Assembly (NCBI GenBank): GCA_976226885.1
Contig: OZ320317.1
Span: forward strand, 100,378,001 to 100,442,000
DNA: 64,000 nucleotides
DNA from: Iphione sp. A-MEVVRFRX5
Taxonomy: Eukaryota
Direction of reading: 5' to 3'
Below are positions 63,391-64,000 of this stretch, in pieces. The translations under genes were made by a program, and so were the position numbers. The notes under the pieces are model-generated. The model was not told the DNA's origin, did not search any database, and saw nothing but the letters and a program-made list of their open reading frames with translations. How positions within the stretch are numbered: position 1 is the stretch's first letter; every line of letters starts with the position of its first letter.

Positions 63391-64000
63391 AATTTAAGCT
63401 CTTTCCCTTTTTGTAGCTCTTGACGATCAAATAATTATGTTAGGTAGCCCTAGATATCTCCTGTAGAAATACTTTGATGAGAAATTAGGTAGTTACATTA
63501 ATTGGTCATGGTTTGTCATACCATTGATGAAAATCCTATGTTAGTGTGTGTTGTGTATTTTTAAGTTGTACTAATACAATGGTTTTGGAACATCCCTGAG
63601 AGAGAGTTTTCCCTAATAGAAGAATAAATAAAATCTTGGGCACCCTTTTTTCCAGAGTCATGTCCCTCTTGGAATTCCCTCATGTACCTTTATCATGGCA
63701 CTGAATGGAATGGACAAACAATCAGCTTAGATGAACCTTTTTCCTTGCATTGGCAACATTTTTCCCGTGTTTGGGAGGGAGTTATTGACCCCATTAAACA
63801 TCTCTACCATGAGATCCGACGCTGGCTGAGATCGAGTTTCCACCAGCAAGCTCAGGCACAGCATCCCGGCCAGACAAAAAGGAATGAGTGTTAAGCATAA
63901 CAGATTAATGGCAAACCTGTTTATGCGATGGATCAACATATTGTTGTCATCTCCGTTTGCTTTTAAAGACTGATGTAATGTTTGCTTATTTGTTTGTATA

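Noticed and set aside
63895-63927. Imperfect hairpin GCATAACAGATT...AACCTGTTTATGC near the window end
   Set aside because: Single short hairpin without supporting context; could be a transposon end but cannot be assigned.

Overview
AT-rich, intron-containing animal genomic DNA, probably from an invertebrate; the taxon cannot be determined from sequence alone. The only clear host genes are three tandem, 4-exon, plus-strand SLC16/MCT-family MFS transporter paralogues (17803-20915, 36547-38927, 55096-58190), each with an intact reading frame of 420-427 aa. Much of the remainder is transposable element, often nested: a DIRS/Ngaro-type tyrosine-recombinase retrotransposon remnant, several APE-RT non-LTR retrotransposons (CR1/L2 group), a gag remnant and several TIR elements. 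The main observation is that three mutually divergent LINEs (A ~6066-15440, B ~22166-28734, C 45673-52716) share one unusual layout: ORF1 (coiled coil + RRM-like) with a C-terminal NADAR/YbiA domain, then a separate SGNH-hydrolase ORF, then a ~0.9-1.1 kb AT-rich spacer, then APE-RT ORF2 and a 3' stem-loop/AATAAA/repeat tail. Copy B is nearly intact. Domain calls come from motif recognition by eye, not from database searches.
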